From the NCBI GenBank assembly GCA_963693365.1, contig CAVNZM010000010.1, forward strand, positions 8,743,794-8,807,793: 64,000 nucleotides of DNA, read 5' to 3'. Position 1 is the first letter of the stretch. Every line of letters starts with the position of its first letter. The notes under the pieces are model-generated. The model was not told where the DNA came from. It saw nothing but the letters and a program-made list of their open reading frames with translations, and did no database searches. This stretch comes from Amoebidium appalachense. Its lineage: Eukaryota; Protista; Ichthyosporea. Below are positions 47,770-61,500 of the stretch, piece by piece. The translations under genes were made by a program, and so were the position numbers.

Positions 47770-48210
47770 TGTGACGTCATGCATCAATGCTCTGTTTCTA
47801 TTGGCTTAGGATGTATCACTGAGCCCCGTACGATTGGATATCCAAAATATTATACCTTTTCCTATAGGATAATAATGCACCTGGTGGCCGGATATCGTTG
47901 AGTAAGGTCCAGGAATGTGATTGGTTGGGTAGCAGGCAATCACGTTCAATAGATCTATTGAAGTTGGCAAAATAGGGGCATATACAAAGGCTCCCAGCAT
48001 GATAAGGTACATCTTATTAGTTGACGCAGCCCTTTCTCGTTAAACAAATACTGTAAAAACATCAAAATTGAATGAAAAGCCTTCTGCATCACTGCGTCAC
48101 GCGTGAGAGCAACGTGTCCTGCGACCCTTCGAATTCCAATCGTACATGCAATTTCCCAGCCAATATCTGTGCATGCATCCATTGGTTAACTATCACGCGC
48201 CAATAAGCCG
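47770..48210. promoter_or_regulatory. Putative bidirectional promoter between the aminotransferase and the Agd3-like gene
   Basis: ~950 bp divergent intergenic region with a TGACGTCA palindrome (~47773) and several CCAAT/ATTGG boxes (~47800, 47833, 47920, 48161, 48181, 48201). Confidence 0.45.
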
Positions 48211-48592
48211 TTACTACATCTTTGCATGTCTTTTTTCCGTTACCCCGGTGGGCACGCACACTCGGCCATCCCAAGTCCCCCAGGTCCACCGCCCAGCTAA
48301 GTCAAGCTGCCAGCCCCTTCAACACTCAGTCACCGCTATGGCATGCAGGTGTTCTGGTAGGAAAAAAACCGTCAGGCATTTTTCTTGTTTGATAGAACAC
48401 TTGAACGTGGGTTATAATCGTGCTTGACTACAGGAACCATAGTGGATCGCCCATCTGACTTCGCATTAGTCAAACCACATAGTTGATGCTTTTGGAGATT
48501 AGATCTTGAAATCACGAGTTTCACGACCCGGGAAGCAGCAGCATATTCTGTTGACAAAACTTGTAATTTAACCTCTCATAAAACATTCGGCA

Positions 48593-51500
48593 ATGGGACC
48601 CATCACACTGCGGCTGCTTCTGCTTGCAGCAGCCACGCTGGCAGCAGCAGGCCAGCCTGTGGATGAGCAGCTGGACGCCCAGGCAGCAAAGTCACTCACA
48701 ACCACCCAGACTCCACAAACCACACAGCAGCCCCCCAAGACACTGTCAACACCCCTCACCCCCACCAAAGAGCAACCAACGAGCACCACACAGCCTCCCA
48801 AGTCCACCGCCCCACCCACCACACTTGCCAGTGTGTCGGCCACAAAGCCTGCGACGACCAGCACTTCCAAGGCAGAAGCAAGTGTGGAGGAGCCTGCACC
48901 AGGCGAATGCAACCCCTTTCCAAACAGTGCCAACGCCATACCCCAGTTTGTGACAGTACGGGGCAAACGGTTTGCGACGCTCTACAACTTCCACCCCTCC
49001 AAGGTCGGTGCAGTCAACCAGCCACAGTGCTGCCCCACACACGCCCTCCCATTGCCCCGAGGATGGGCGCTGGCACCAGATAGTGAGGAGTCCAGGCTGG
49101 CCGCCAAGATGTTTCCTTTTGGAAGTGACGCGGTGGTGTTTGCTGACGGCACGGGGTTCATTACGGTGGACAGTGGGCTCATGGGCCCGGCAGAGGACTC
49201 CTTTGTGATTGCACGAAACGCACTGCTTGCAAAGGACGACAAGTACACGGTCGACCTGGCCACATTCCCCACCATGCACTGGGGGGGCACGTACAGTTTC
49301 TGTGCGCGGATACTTATCACACAGCAGGCGGGCCCTGAGGACCGCGACTACGTCAACACCAACACGTCGCGTGTGATGCGGGACTACACAACCATCGATG
49401 GAACAGACTATGCGGCCATGGACAGTACACCCCCCACCCTGCCTTGGGGTGCCCCTGAGATGCCCATCAGGCAGGAAATAGCATTCACACTGCCGGTAGG
49501 CAACTGGCAGCTGGCTGGGCCACAGGAGGCCCGCAGTAAGAGTCTGCCTGCATTTGGCTGTGGATGTTTGGTCGCCGGGGACGGCACGGCCTACTACACA
49601 ACAAACAAGGAGCAGTGCAGCACTCAGGCCCTGCACGGCCACAAGTCACGTGACGGGGCATGGGCCGTCTACTGGCCCAGTGCCCGCCTAGGGTCTTTGA
49701 GGGTGCTGCTGACGAGAAAGACAGCAGCAGTTGTACTCAACACCAAGCAGATGAAGACACTACTGCTTGCACCATACAGTGAGAGCGACACCATCCTGAC
49801 GTATGCACGCAAGATACTGGACGCCAAGGAGTTGGCCTACGACCTGGTCAGTGTGGTGACCAATGGCGGGCAGTACGCACGTGACCTGGACCTGGAGATC
49901 ACGGAGGCAGAGGGCAGGAGGGCACGCTACCACACGATTGTGCTGACTAGTGATAGTCTGTCCTACAAGAGGTGCGTGCACACAGTACTGCAGCCAAACA
50001 TACTGTGCCTGGGCTAGCAGACCGGGTGTGGTGGGCATACACATGTATACTGGGCTATGAGCATGGAGGTATGAAGAGGATGGTGGAAGGGAAGGGGGAA
50101 GGGGGAGGGGGAGGGGGGGGGGGGGGGGGTGGCGCGGGGGCGGGGGGGTATAATATGAGCGCAAAGTAGCGGAGATCGGGAGAAGGGGGCGAGGGGGAGG
50201 GCTAGGTGGCTGGGTGGAAGGGGATGGGGGGGGGGGGTAGAGGGAGGGGGCGGGGATGAAGGAGCAAGTGCATTGGGAGGGACGCAGGCCTGCAAGAGCA
50301 TACAGAGTTCTTGTGTGAACTCACATCTGGCTAGATAGGTGCACACACACATATGCCCACCGCCATAAGCGGACATGCACGCACCCCCAATAACCCTGTG
50401 CCCACACACCCCTCCCTCCACCTCCTCCCTCTTCACCACGCCACCATCCACTCACGCTCACATGCCCTGTGCCTGCAGGGCTGACGGTGAGTGGGAGAGT
50501 GGCCTACCGTACCAGCAGTGGCAGCGGCTACGTGCGTACTGTGCGCAGTATGGTGTGCGCACGGTGAGTCTGTTCACATTCCCAAACCGGCGCTACGGCG
50601 TGAGTGAGATTGCAGCTGACGGGGCTGCGGAGGCCAAAAAGGAGGGCTACATGTGGTTTATGAACAAGGGCCCGTGGATGCTGCAGAACGTAAGTGCAAA
50701 AGAAAGAGGGGATGGGTTGGGAAATGTGAAACTTAGGAATGAAAATTTGGAAGAAAGTGAAATTTGAAGACGGGGAAATTCGGAAAGAAGTTAAATATAT
50801 ATATGGGGGGGGGGGGGGGGGGGGGGAGGGGGGGGGGCAGGGAAAGATCCCTGAAGAAACGAGCATGGCGAAGAAAGGTCGAAAAGATGAAATAAAGGGG
50901 TTGTCCACCCCCCCCCCCCCCCCCCCCCCCTTCCCAATAAAAACAGGTTCTACCTAGTTTGCCTGCTATTCGCGAATGTAGCTCATTTGTGTGTGCCTTT
51001 ATTTCTTGTGTCTTTATTTGTGTGTGTTTTTATAAATTGTGTGTGTCTTATATTTGTGTGTTCTTTATTTGTGCGTGTACTTCCTGGCACCATAGTCTTC
51101 AACGTAAGCGCGCTTTTCGGATGCCGAAGCAAAAACACAAACACAAAAACCGACCCAGAACCAAATCCAATACCTTCCATCTACACCCCATCACATACTT
51201 GCACTGCATTAAGTACTTTTCACACACATACACACACACACACCGGCGCACACCCGAGACTCACGAGAGCTATTTATTCATCCAATAATGCCAGTTGCTT
51301 GATATTTTGCCAAATATGGCATATACCACTGATTGACTCTATCCGATTACCAAATTAGGTATGGCGTGTGCCCGTAAAGCTGGACCCGAGGATCCCCGGG
51401 CCTGAGCCTGTGGTTTGGTTCTCGCCATCGGCAGATAGGAAGCCGACCCCTGGTACGTGGCACAGCACACATACACGTGCCAACACTCAAATGGACATGC

Positions 51501-51935
51501 ATGCACACCCACACACGTGCAGAGAAGCATTAAAGCACCTGCAAACAAACACAGACACTACAGAACCAGCTTCTATAAGAACACTAAATATAGATGGGTA
51601 TGCTCAAAATTCACCGACTCACGTGCTTCTTAGTATTCGCCTGTTATTTGGGTGCATGGGAGTGTCTTGAGGAAGAGCGAAACAAGAAAACGATACAAGA
51701 TGAATGTGTGAGCAGGAAAAAGAATACGTCGTTGGCTGTTTGGCATTTTTGTGCTGTTTAGAGGTGTGTGTCTGGTGGACACTCTCCACCGTTCAATCAG
51801 CCCCCATTCACACATGCGCACAGTTCTGTGGTCAACTGACCCAGCCATCTTCCCAACCACATGCCCACGCACCAACACTCTTACACCACACACCCGTCCG
51901 CGCACACGCAAGCATGCACATGCCCATGCACACAA

Positions 51936-51966
<31 letters not shown>

Positions 51967-52087
51967 GTGACAGTGTCGGGGGGGTCAAGCTGCCTGCCCT
52001 GCCCGGTGAGCGTTTTGAGGAGCTGCATTTCTTTTTTGCCTCCTCTGCTGACGTCCCACATGGTGCCCCCCTGGGTGATGCCGTAAG

Positions 52088-52121
<34 letters not shown>

Positions 52122-52189
52122 CCCCCTTCCCCCCTACCTCCCCTTTCCCCCTCCCCTATCCGTCCCGTACCCCCCTCCTCCCCGCATCC

Positions 52190-52221
<32 letters not shown>

Positions 52222-52267
52222 AAAAAAAAAAAAACACACACACACTCACACCAACACCCCCTGCCCT

Positions 52268-52330
<63 letters not shown>

Positions 52331-52756
52331 CACCCTTCAGTTTTTGCCTGGTACCCCAAAGCTCCTCCCACCCCTGGGTCACCCCATCACCTCCGGGCAC
52401 TACTTGTCACGTGATGTAACCCGCTTTGAACCTGCAGCACGTTCAAACATCCCTAAAACCACATTGCCGCAATCCCCCATTCTCCCATTCATCTTCCCTG
52501 CTCCCCTTGCTTCTCTCCCCCCATCCACCCCCCCCCCCCCCCCCCCCCCCCCTCCCGCCCTTCCTTTCCCTCATGTCCACCAATCTATGTTCACTGTGTG
52601 CAGCACATAAATACGGTCAAGACACCATCCTGACAACACGTGGGTGCCGTGCAACAACTCAATAACTATTCACAGACAACTGTGTTCCCACATGCACACA
52701 AACACTCCACCACTGCACTTTCACACTTTCGCACCAACCACTTACTCACTTACATC

Positions 52757-52789
<33 letters not shown>

Positions 52790-52893
52790 TTTCCCCAGGC
52801 CCTGAGCTGGGCCACCCAGAGTGTTCTATTCAACGATGGACTCCCCCTGTCTCCGGCCGCAATTGCTGGCATTGTTATAGGCGGGTATGTGGC

Positions 52894-52928
<35 letters not shown>

Positions 52929-53102
52929 CTTGAGCCTCTTCTTGTTTTGTCTTTGCCTCCTGCACCGTGCTTTTCATCGTGTAGTTGTATCTCCTGTCGT
53001 GTTCCGCAGTCTAACACTTTCTGCCGGTGTGCACGCACTCTGCTCCTCCTTGCCACAACCAATCCAATCAGTCCCCCCCCCCCCTCCCCCCGTCTCCCCC
53101 TC

Positions 53103-53137
<35 letters not shown>

Positions 53138-53520
53138 ACCCACACACACACACAGACCCCCCTCCCTGCTTTAGGAGTTTCTCTGATTTTGCTTATCTTC
53201 GTGTGTTCAATCGCACACATGCTCATCTCTGCATTCCGATTTGCCTTCGTGCTGTATTCCTTTCGGCAACACATTCTAACCCCCCCCCCCCCCCCATACA
53301 CGCACGCACACACGCATGCACGCATGTACGTATGTACGCACGCCCGCACACGCACGCACACACACACACACACACATACAGCATTGTAGGCATAGGCCTA
53401 CTGATCTATGCTGTTATAAAGCTGTGGCAACGCTGCAGCGGATTCAGACGCGGAGGAAAGGATGAGTTCAGCAGCAACAACAACATGCTCGATTGGAACA
53501 ACGCACAGAGCGGTTACTAA
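48593..53520 (+). CDS. Predicted type I membrane glycoprotein: signal peptide, Thr/Pro-rich stalk, two tandem ~130 aa unknown domains, Agd3 N-terminal (CBM87)-like domain, TM helix, short cytoplasmic tail
   Basis: Exons 48593-49971, 50479-50689, 51359-51452, 51964-52082, 52799-52884, 53382-53520 join in phase. Signal peptide MGPITLRLLLLAAATLAAA. WESGLPYQQWQRLRAYCAQYGVRTVSLFTFP resembles, from recall, the Agd3 segment (QW..L.AYQ..YGVR.V...YP). TM segment AAIAGIVIGGIVGIGLLIYAVI followed by KLWQR. Confidence 0.8.
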
Positions 53521-54493
53521 AGATGGCATGCCCTTATATGGTAACTCAGGGCTGCATGGGTGATAGTGATTGGTCGCAGGTGGTGTGGCACGGATGAGGG
53601 TGACACGTGGAGCACGAGAACACGTGGCTTGGAGAGCAGTGGTAGAGTAGCAGGTGCAAAGGGGATGTGGTGGTGTGTGTGTGCCCGGGGGAGGGGCGGG
53701 GGGGGGGGGGGGGGGGAGAGGGGGGAGCTGAAGGAAGGGGAGAGGGGGCGGGGAGGGGGGAGGGGGGCTGGGGTTTCGGCTGGTATTGTGTAGTGTGTGG
53801 GGGTGTATGTGATGTGCACCATGTAGTTGCGTAGAGTGCACACACATGCCGTGTGCACATGTGCCTCATTACGGGTGTGAATTATAATTAGAAGTCAGGT
53901 GAAGCATGGTTGGGCCGCAGGCACAACATGGTGTACATACGGTGGCTAGCTGATAGTATTATTAATAGATTGATGATAATGGGTTACGAATAAATGTGTT
54001 TGAATGCGCACGAAAGCCGCTTTTCATTAGGAAGCGAAAAATGTTGTGTTAGAGTGCTGGGCTGTCACCACTGAGTTATGCACCAGAATCAACCATTCTA
54101 CCTTGCTTTTAGTCTCAAATGTTTAGGGATAGTTTAATTTGATGTTAGTTTTATGTTACTCTGAGTATGATGAAAAAATTAAATGATGCACCGCCAGTGG
54201 CGGCCATATGACAAATGTATTGTATATTCCGTTGTGATAACACCACCACCACCCAACGACACATTGGTGCTCCCGAAGAAAGAAAGAAAGAAAAGAAAGA
54301 AAGACAGAAGAAGACTATATAGATGGCCGGTTTTAGGCCCTCTCTGAGCATGCACATGTGCATTGCTGAAGTCTAATACGTATAATCTGTGTGCACTTCA
54401 CGTTCATCATTGTGACCTTGTTCTGTGGTCCCCTTGCCGCCCCTCCCCCCCCACGCACACACACACCCGCCACTCCAGCCAAACAACCAACCA

Positions 54494-54550
<57 letters not shown>

Positions 54551-55159
54551 CACATACGCACATACGCACATACGCACACATACACACACACGCACACACA
54601 TGCATCTGTTTTTGGGTTCCTCAAGGCGCCGACGTACTGGTACCCCAGGACACAATGATGGCACAATAAATTATTTAAAATTTCCAGTGAGCTAAATTAA
54701 AACGACCATTAAGGTCCATTAAAGAGTCTGCAAAGGTCGAGTGTTCACGTGGTCTGATTCAGGGGAAAAAAGGCACGGCAGGGATTGCCGTTGCCCTAAT
54801 TTTTTAATGAATTGATGCTGCTACTGGGTGCCTTGCACCTGCACAAACTTAAACGCAGCCTTACGCTAAATAATTGGCACACGGTGCCACTATGAAAATA
54901 CTTACAAAAGATTTGCTGTATATTCGTTTGTTGGCTATGGAAAAGCAGCAAAAAAAAGATCGTGCATTAGCAAATAACAAACTCTCTACATAGAAGGAGG
55001 GGAAATGGGCAAAGTGACACGTTTAAATTTTTGATCTGATTCGTTCATGGGAGTCAAAATTATCTTCATCAAAAGTAAACGTACATATTAGTTTCTTACA
55101 AGTTACCCCCTGCTCTTAAAAGAACCCACATGTACTCGGCTCACCACCATCCCCTCAAG

Positions 55160-55351
55160 TTACCCCTGGGGGGTGGCCTGGGTATTCACGATGTTGTATT
55201 CGGGGTAGAAATTCTCTCTGATTTTCGGGTGAGACCGGCAGAAACCAAAGAATGCGCGCTCCCCATAGACAATCTCTTTATACTCGCTGTAGCAGGTGGA
55301 GGCAACCTGCGCCCCAACCTCATCCCCTGAAAGCTCACGGGGAAGGGACAG

Positions 55352-55426
<75 letters not shown>

Positions 55427-55763
55427 GTATGTGTGTGTGTGTGTGTGCCACGGTGTATGTATGTGTGTTTGTGCAAAGGAGGGAGGGAAGTAGGAAGTTT
55501 TTGCGGGTTTATGTAGTTTGGATGTGACCTGGTTTTCAAAATGATTTCATCGGCCTAACACCACAGGTGGAGACAGGTAACAAACAAGTCAATGCTTTGT
55601 CTTTCTTGCTTAAATGGGAACTGTCGGGTGACCATGTAACTAAGTGTATTTGTTCTGTTTTGTTTTTTATCTATTTTCTTACTTTTAAATTCATTTTTCA
55701 TTTCATTTTTCATTTCATTTTTATTTTGTCTGCTTGTTTATTTATTTATTAATTTTTCTATTT

Positions 55764-55808
<45 letters not shown>

Positions 55809-57720
55809 TCTGCTGCTTCTGCTGCTTTGGGCTAAAGACATACACGAGATAGGTAGATAGGAAGAAACCGTTGGCTGGGTGCCCTTGGCGCAATTTGATT
55901 GGCATATTCTTTTTCAACAATACAAAAATGCAGGGCCAAGGTGTGCCTCAGTGGCTATCTCACGACACGAGCAGTGGGGCAAAGGGGGGGGGAAGGACAT
56001 GGGCCACAAACGTTTGCATGCAACATGTGTGCGTGCCGGTGCCTGTGTGGGGGGGGGGGGGGGGGAGGGGGATGGGGGGGTTTTGCTCGATACCTGCTCA
56101 CACAGTGCTGGCAGGGAGGGGTTGTAGAAGAAAGGAATGCAGAAGCGCTCCCTCTCAGGATTCTTGAAGACCACCCGATGAGGGGTGGCCACCAGATAGT
56201 TGTGTGTCATCACCTGAGGGGTAGGTGGTGTGGGTAACATGAAAGGGTGCCATTTTGACCCGCTAGCCCCTACTTGGGTAACCTAACCGCATATGACCCC
56301 TCCCCCCCCCACCCCTCTCCCCTCCACCCCTTTTTCCTTCTCGCCACAGCACACACCCCTTCCCTCCCCTGCCTCCAACCCACTTCTTGCCACACACACA
56401 TCACCGAATCTACTTATGCCATCCTCCCAACCCTTAATAGTATCGGAGCTTCATCCTCCAGTGCCCTAAGCCCCCCTCCCTTCCTCACACGGTATCTTCC
56501 TTACCATATCTTCCCCACCACACACACACACATTCGTCGCCAACCCACCCACCCACCCACCCACCCACCACCACCACCATCACACACACCTGCAGCATGT
56601 CCCCTATGTTGATGACGTATGTGCCCTCAATGGGGGCCACGTCTATCCACTCTCCCTTGGGGTTGAGGGCCTGCAGCCCCCCCACATCATCTTGCATCAG
56701 CAGTGTCAGGTAGCCGTAGTCCGTGTGCACGTTGACTCCAAGCGCTGGCTCCTGCCTGTGTGTGCGCGTGTGTGTGTGTGTGTTTATGTGTGTGGTGTGT
56801 GTCCATAAGGGGTGTGTGCATGGGAGAGAGTGAGAGAGAGAGTGAGTGAGTGTTTGAGTGAGTGACATGTCATGTGAACGGGGAAGGCTGGGGGGGGGGG
56901 GGGGGGGGGGGGGAGGGGAGGAGGGGAGGGTAGTTAGAATGGATGATTAATGATATCAGCAGTGCGTGCACTGATAGGGAAGATGGGACACACACACGCA
57001 GACAGAGTCTTTACTCCCCTCGCCCTCACATGCAATGTGCCCAACAGCACACAAAGAGCATTGCATAGTTTCCCCCAAACCCCACCTGATCCCAGCATCC
57101 AATTGTTCCCACAAATGGTAACCCCCCCCCCCCCCCCCCCCCTCAAAAAAAAAAAAAAAAAAGGCACACACCACCAGCCACAATACAAGAGAAAATCCAC
57201 CACACTCTTTGGCACTTTGGAGCTTAAACACACCAGACTCTCAATAGCCATTACACCGCAAAGAAGTGAAACCAGCACTGATCCCAAAGGCCGCAGAGTT
57301 AATCACATGGAAAAGGATTGTGCCGTGGGTTTGGTGGGGGGGGGAGGGGGGGGGGGAGACATGGAGGGGGGGGGGGGGGATGGGAAGGGAGGGTCTATTA
57401 CCCGTCTGTGGGGTTCAAAGCCTCGTCACCAAGAGCAACGGCCGGGGGATAGCGAAGGACCTGCAGAGCGTCCATCAGTCTTTAAATCACCATCATTTTA
57501 GCTCACAAATTCATCCACCCCCTCCCCCCCCCCCCCCCCCAAAAAAAAAAAGAAACAAATAAAAAAATAAACAAACAAATAAAAAAATATTAAAATAAGA
57601 AAGATAAATACAAAGGAGATCAACAAGGACACTGCTGTTCCACGTATGCGGCATCAAGACGGCACAGTGCACCACTGACACACTGACAGGTGTACATAGA
57701 AATATTGACCTGCAATGGCA

Positions 57721-57765
<45 letters not shown>

Positions 57766-58495
57766 CCATCCATCCCCCTGAGCGCACGTACTACCAGACA
57801 CACACACACAGACGGCCAAGCATTGCTGGTACTCCCCCCCCCCCCCCCCCACCACCACCACCACCATCACCACCAATACATACACACCCATCTACACCCA
57901 CCCACCTTCATGATGGCGTGTGGTGGGTTGCTACCCGACCCGAAAGTCCTATCGAAGTATCTTCTTTCTTGGCCCAGTGCAAGTGCTACCCCCTCCAGCA
58001 GGTCATCACATAGACGTGAACAGGCCGCATGGTATTCGAGCACGGTGGTCTTCATGCCTGCAAATGCGGTCAAAAAAGGCACGGGGAAGCGATCACGGGG
58101 ATACTATAAAATAAGTGTGCGGCACATCAATCATACACCATAGCCACGTGCACCACTAGACCAGGGACATGCTAAATATCTCGGGGCTGTTAGCTATAAG
58201 GGGGGGGGGGGGGGGGGGGGGGGAGGGGGGAGGTATATGTGTGTGTGTGTGGTTATGGTCAGGATAATTTTATTTGAAAGGGTTATGACTGTACAGGCTA
58301 GACATGACCGCAATCTAGACAGACGCTGCTACCCCCTGGTGCAACAACAACACCTACAATTCTAACAATCCTACAGTCGAAAATGTAAAGCTGCACACCA
58401 AACGGCGGTGAGAGTTATGCGACTGCATGTGTTTGTGTGTGTAACTGCGACGCATATCTGCAGAATGGGCCGGGGAGATTGGCGGGGTGGGTGTG

Positions 58496-58535
<40 letters not shown>

Positions 58536-59051
58536 AGAGGGACTGCATAAGGCATTATGTATAAGTATCATTCATATGCTTTCCCAATGCGGTTTGAAGA
58601 TGCTGCGCATGATTTACTCTCCAAACAAGGAGTGAGGGTACTGTGTGCATATGCTCTCCTCTTCAGGTGATGGTATTTAAGGTGCATATACTCTCTCCAT
58701 CAGGTGATATTGCTGTGTGCATATGCTCTCCCATAGGCAATGGTGCTACGTGCATGGTAATCAGGGGTGATGACACTGTGTGCATATGCTCTCCCCATGA
58801 GGATGGGGGTTTGAAAGTACTGTGTGCATATGCTCTCCCCATGAGGATGGGGGGTTGAAAGTACTGTGTGCATACCGGGCAGCAGCTGTTCGTCGACAAA
58901 CTGGTTAGGCCCATACAGGCCCATGTAGGCCGGCACGCTGCTGCGGTCGTTGCCACCAAACGGTGCCACCTCCGGCCCATAGTCGATCTGCTCACGGTAG
59001 TCTGTGCGCCCGGCCTGGGATAGTGCGTGTAAGTCATTGTGGCACACACGC

Positions 59052-59110
<59 letters not shown>

Positions 59111-59586
59111 CACACGCAACATGCAGAACAAGGGGATGCGCACAAGATTTTGCATCCAAAACGTCCACAACGACATGCACAAACAGACACAACACGCACA
59201 CGTGTCACAAACATTCTTACACACGCGGTTGAAAAACATACAGAAGAGATCCATGCATGACCCATTCCAACACTCCAAACACATACCGTGTTTTCAGCAC
59301 CAACTGCTGAGTACCCCCTAAAGTGTGGGGACTTCTGGTTGTGGATGCTGAGTTTCTGTTCGATGCTCAGCCCAAAGAAGCTCTTGGCGTGGCTCCACAT
59401 GGCCTGCTGCAGGGCGGGGTCTATGCCGTGGTTGCTAAGGTAGAAGAACCCCACGTGGTGCAGCGCCGACTGCAGCTGCCGCACATACTCTTTCTCATCC
59501 TTCTCCCGCAGGCTGAAGTCTATCACCGGCACACGCGTGAAGGCCTTTTGGCCCTCCAAGGTGGCGCTCTTGCTGGCCGCAGGCAT
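55160..59586 (-). CDS. 2-oxoglutarate/Fe(II)-dependent oxygenase, IPNS/DIOX_N family, 7 exons
   Basis: Exons 59586-59287, 59014-58876, 58057-57906, 57460-57402, 56755-56590, 56213-56094, 55351-55160. Motifs: [49 protein letters not shown] (HxD), [27 protein letters not shown] (distal His), RFCIPFF and C-terminal RSHP. Confidence 0.95.
58640..58875. repeat. Degenerate ~40-45 bp tandem repeat starting at the donor of a 2OG-oxygenase intron
   Basis: Repeated ctgtgtgcatatgctctccccatgaggatgggggttgaaagta (about 5 copies, decaying away from the exon). Confidence 0.85.
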
Positions 59587-59784
59587 GGTGGCTGCAAGGT
59601 GAGTCGCAGTGACGTGGGGTGAGGTGCCTCGGAATATGTGTGATGAGACGTGCGAGAGACTCTACTAGGTGAAAGGTTCCGGCCAGGTTCTGCAGAGCTG
59701 TTCACACTGCCAGCGAAAAGCGGTTGTGCTCGTTTCATGTTGGCTCTGGCCTGAGCCGCTGGCGTTACGTCAGGCTCAGGTCTC

Positions 59785-59826
59785 TTCCTATTGGCTGTTT
59801 TTGGATTGGTCACTGACCAATAGGAA
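59785..59826. promoter_or_regulatory. CCAAT-box cluster upstream of the 2OG oxygenase
   Basis: cctattggc..gattggtcactgaccaatagg: three CCAAT/ATTGG boxes in ~40 bp, ~200 bp upstream of the ATG at 59586. Confidence 0.5.
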
Positions 59827-60043
59827 ACATCGTAGCTGTCGCTACCCAGTAGCTTCAGACCAAAAGCATTCAGACTTGGCCAGTGGAAAGCTGTTCAGGG
59901 CTGCTGTGAAGGGCAGCAGGTAGGGCTTTATTGCAGCCTCAGGGCAGCGCAACCCTCGGCCACCTTATCCATAAGTTGAAATCCGAAAAAGCATCCACAA
60001 CCAGCGTGGGAAACCGCATCAGTGACCTGTGCAAGCACTATGC

Positions 60044-60081
<38 letters not shown>

Positions 60082-61390
60082 TTCCCTCCGCCACACACGC
60101 ACCTTGGCTTCTTCACCCCTCACACATAGGCATACTTATACACCCACGCTTACAGTGGCACAGATGCCCCTGTTCCATGTTATGCTCCAGCAACTTTCAC
60201 AAAGTCACACTTTCCCCTACAGCATATGCACAAGGCTGTTCGGCACAGCAAACGCAATTGCAAATATTTTTGCGCATATCAGAGATCTCGCTGAAAGTTA
60301 GGCACGAACGCACGCGCGCACGCACGAGCCTACGCCTGACAGTGTACTGTGTCCCTCCAGCTTGCGTGAGAATAAAAACCTTCTACTCTCCGCCTGGCTA
60401 GCTATAGGAAATCGTGATCGCTTCGACTTCAACAGCCACTACCCATCCAGCTCCAAGAGATTAACATGGAGTCGGAGTGGGATATGCACGCAGATGTGGC
60501 CAAGCGCTGCCGTAAAAGCGCAGTTGCGCCACACCTTGCCCTCAAAATAAAATCTTTCCCTAACATCTCGTAAACTAAATGTAGCTGCAGGGCTGAAGCA
60601 TATGGGGTCGAGAGGGACGGCGGGTGTTGGCAGGATGTCTAGACAAGGAAACTGCAGCAAGGAATGGAAGGAGGGAAAGGGGAAAGGAAGGGCGAGCGAG
60701 GGGGGAGATAGGGTGGACTTCAGTTTCCGTGGCTGCCGTGTTTCGGTTCTCGAACACATAGCAGGCGCAGTGCGCAAATGCAAAGACGTCCATATAGTCA
60801 AATGATGAGATGTTATTGGCCGAGGGGTGCATGCTTCGATGCGTGCTTGACGTTCTCCCTCAAGGCACTTCAACGCTTGGCTTATTGATGGGCGTGTAAT
60901 AGGGCTGCTTAACCATTTTTTTTTCCGGCAAGCAATACGTTTTGTGTCCTTTACGTGTTTCCAGTCTGTGACCGCGTTGGCACGTGAAAGTCATCACATC
61001 ACAACAGCCAAGCACAGAGCGGCGACGTCACAGCAAAGCATCTTGTGTTTGATTGGCTACAACAAATAACTTTTCTAGATAAATTTTAACATTAATCCCC
61101 TAACAGATATTCACTAACCATCATGATATAATAAATAGTTTTAATATCATGTTGTCTTGCAGTCACAAGCTTTACACAGGCATGTCAGGAATTTTTGTTA
61201 CAGGATCTTCGGGTTTCTGTAGCTAGTCATTTTGACTCAGTGACTGTCTCCCTGCGGCCCGGCTCAACATACTAGGGATGTTGCCGCAGGCGACTGTCAC
61301 TAGACAAAGTGTCTGATTGCGCAAATTTTTTTAAATTTACAGCATATGATTATTTCAAAGTCGCATTAATAATTTAATGCGAATTAAGAA

Positions 61391-61500
61391 AGCGTTACTA
61401 TTGCCCAACATTAATTTAGGGGAGCGTTCCTATTGCCCAACAGAAAATAAAGTATTCCTATTGGACCTACAAGAAAACCAAGCGTTCCGATTGCCCAACA
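61391..61500. promoter_or_regulatory. Four ~20 bp repeats at ~30 bp spacing upstream of SCOC
   Basis: agcgttactattgcccaaca (61391), agcgttcctattgcccaaca (61423), agtattcctattggacctaca (61451), agcgttccgattgcccaaca (61481). Confidence 0.55.

Noticed and set aside
61391-61500. CRISPR-like repeat-spacer pattern
   Set aside because: Spacers are only 8-12 bp, the context is eukaryotic, and no cas genes are present.
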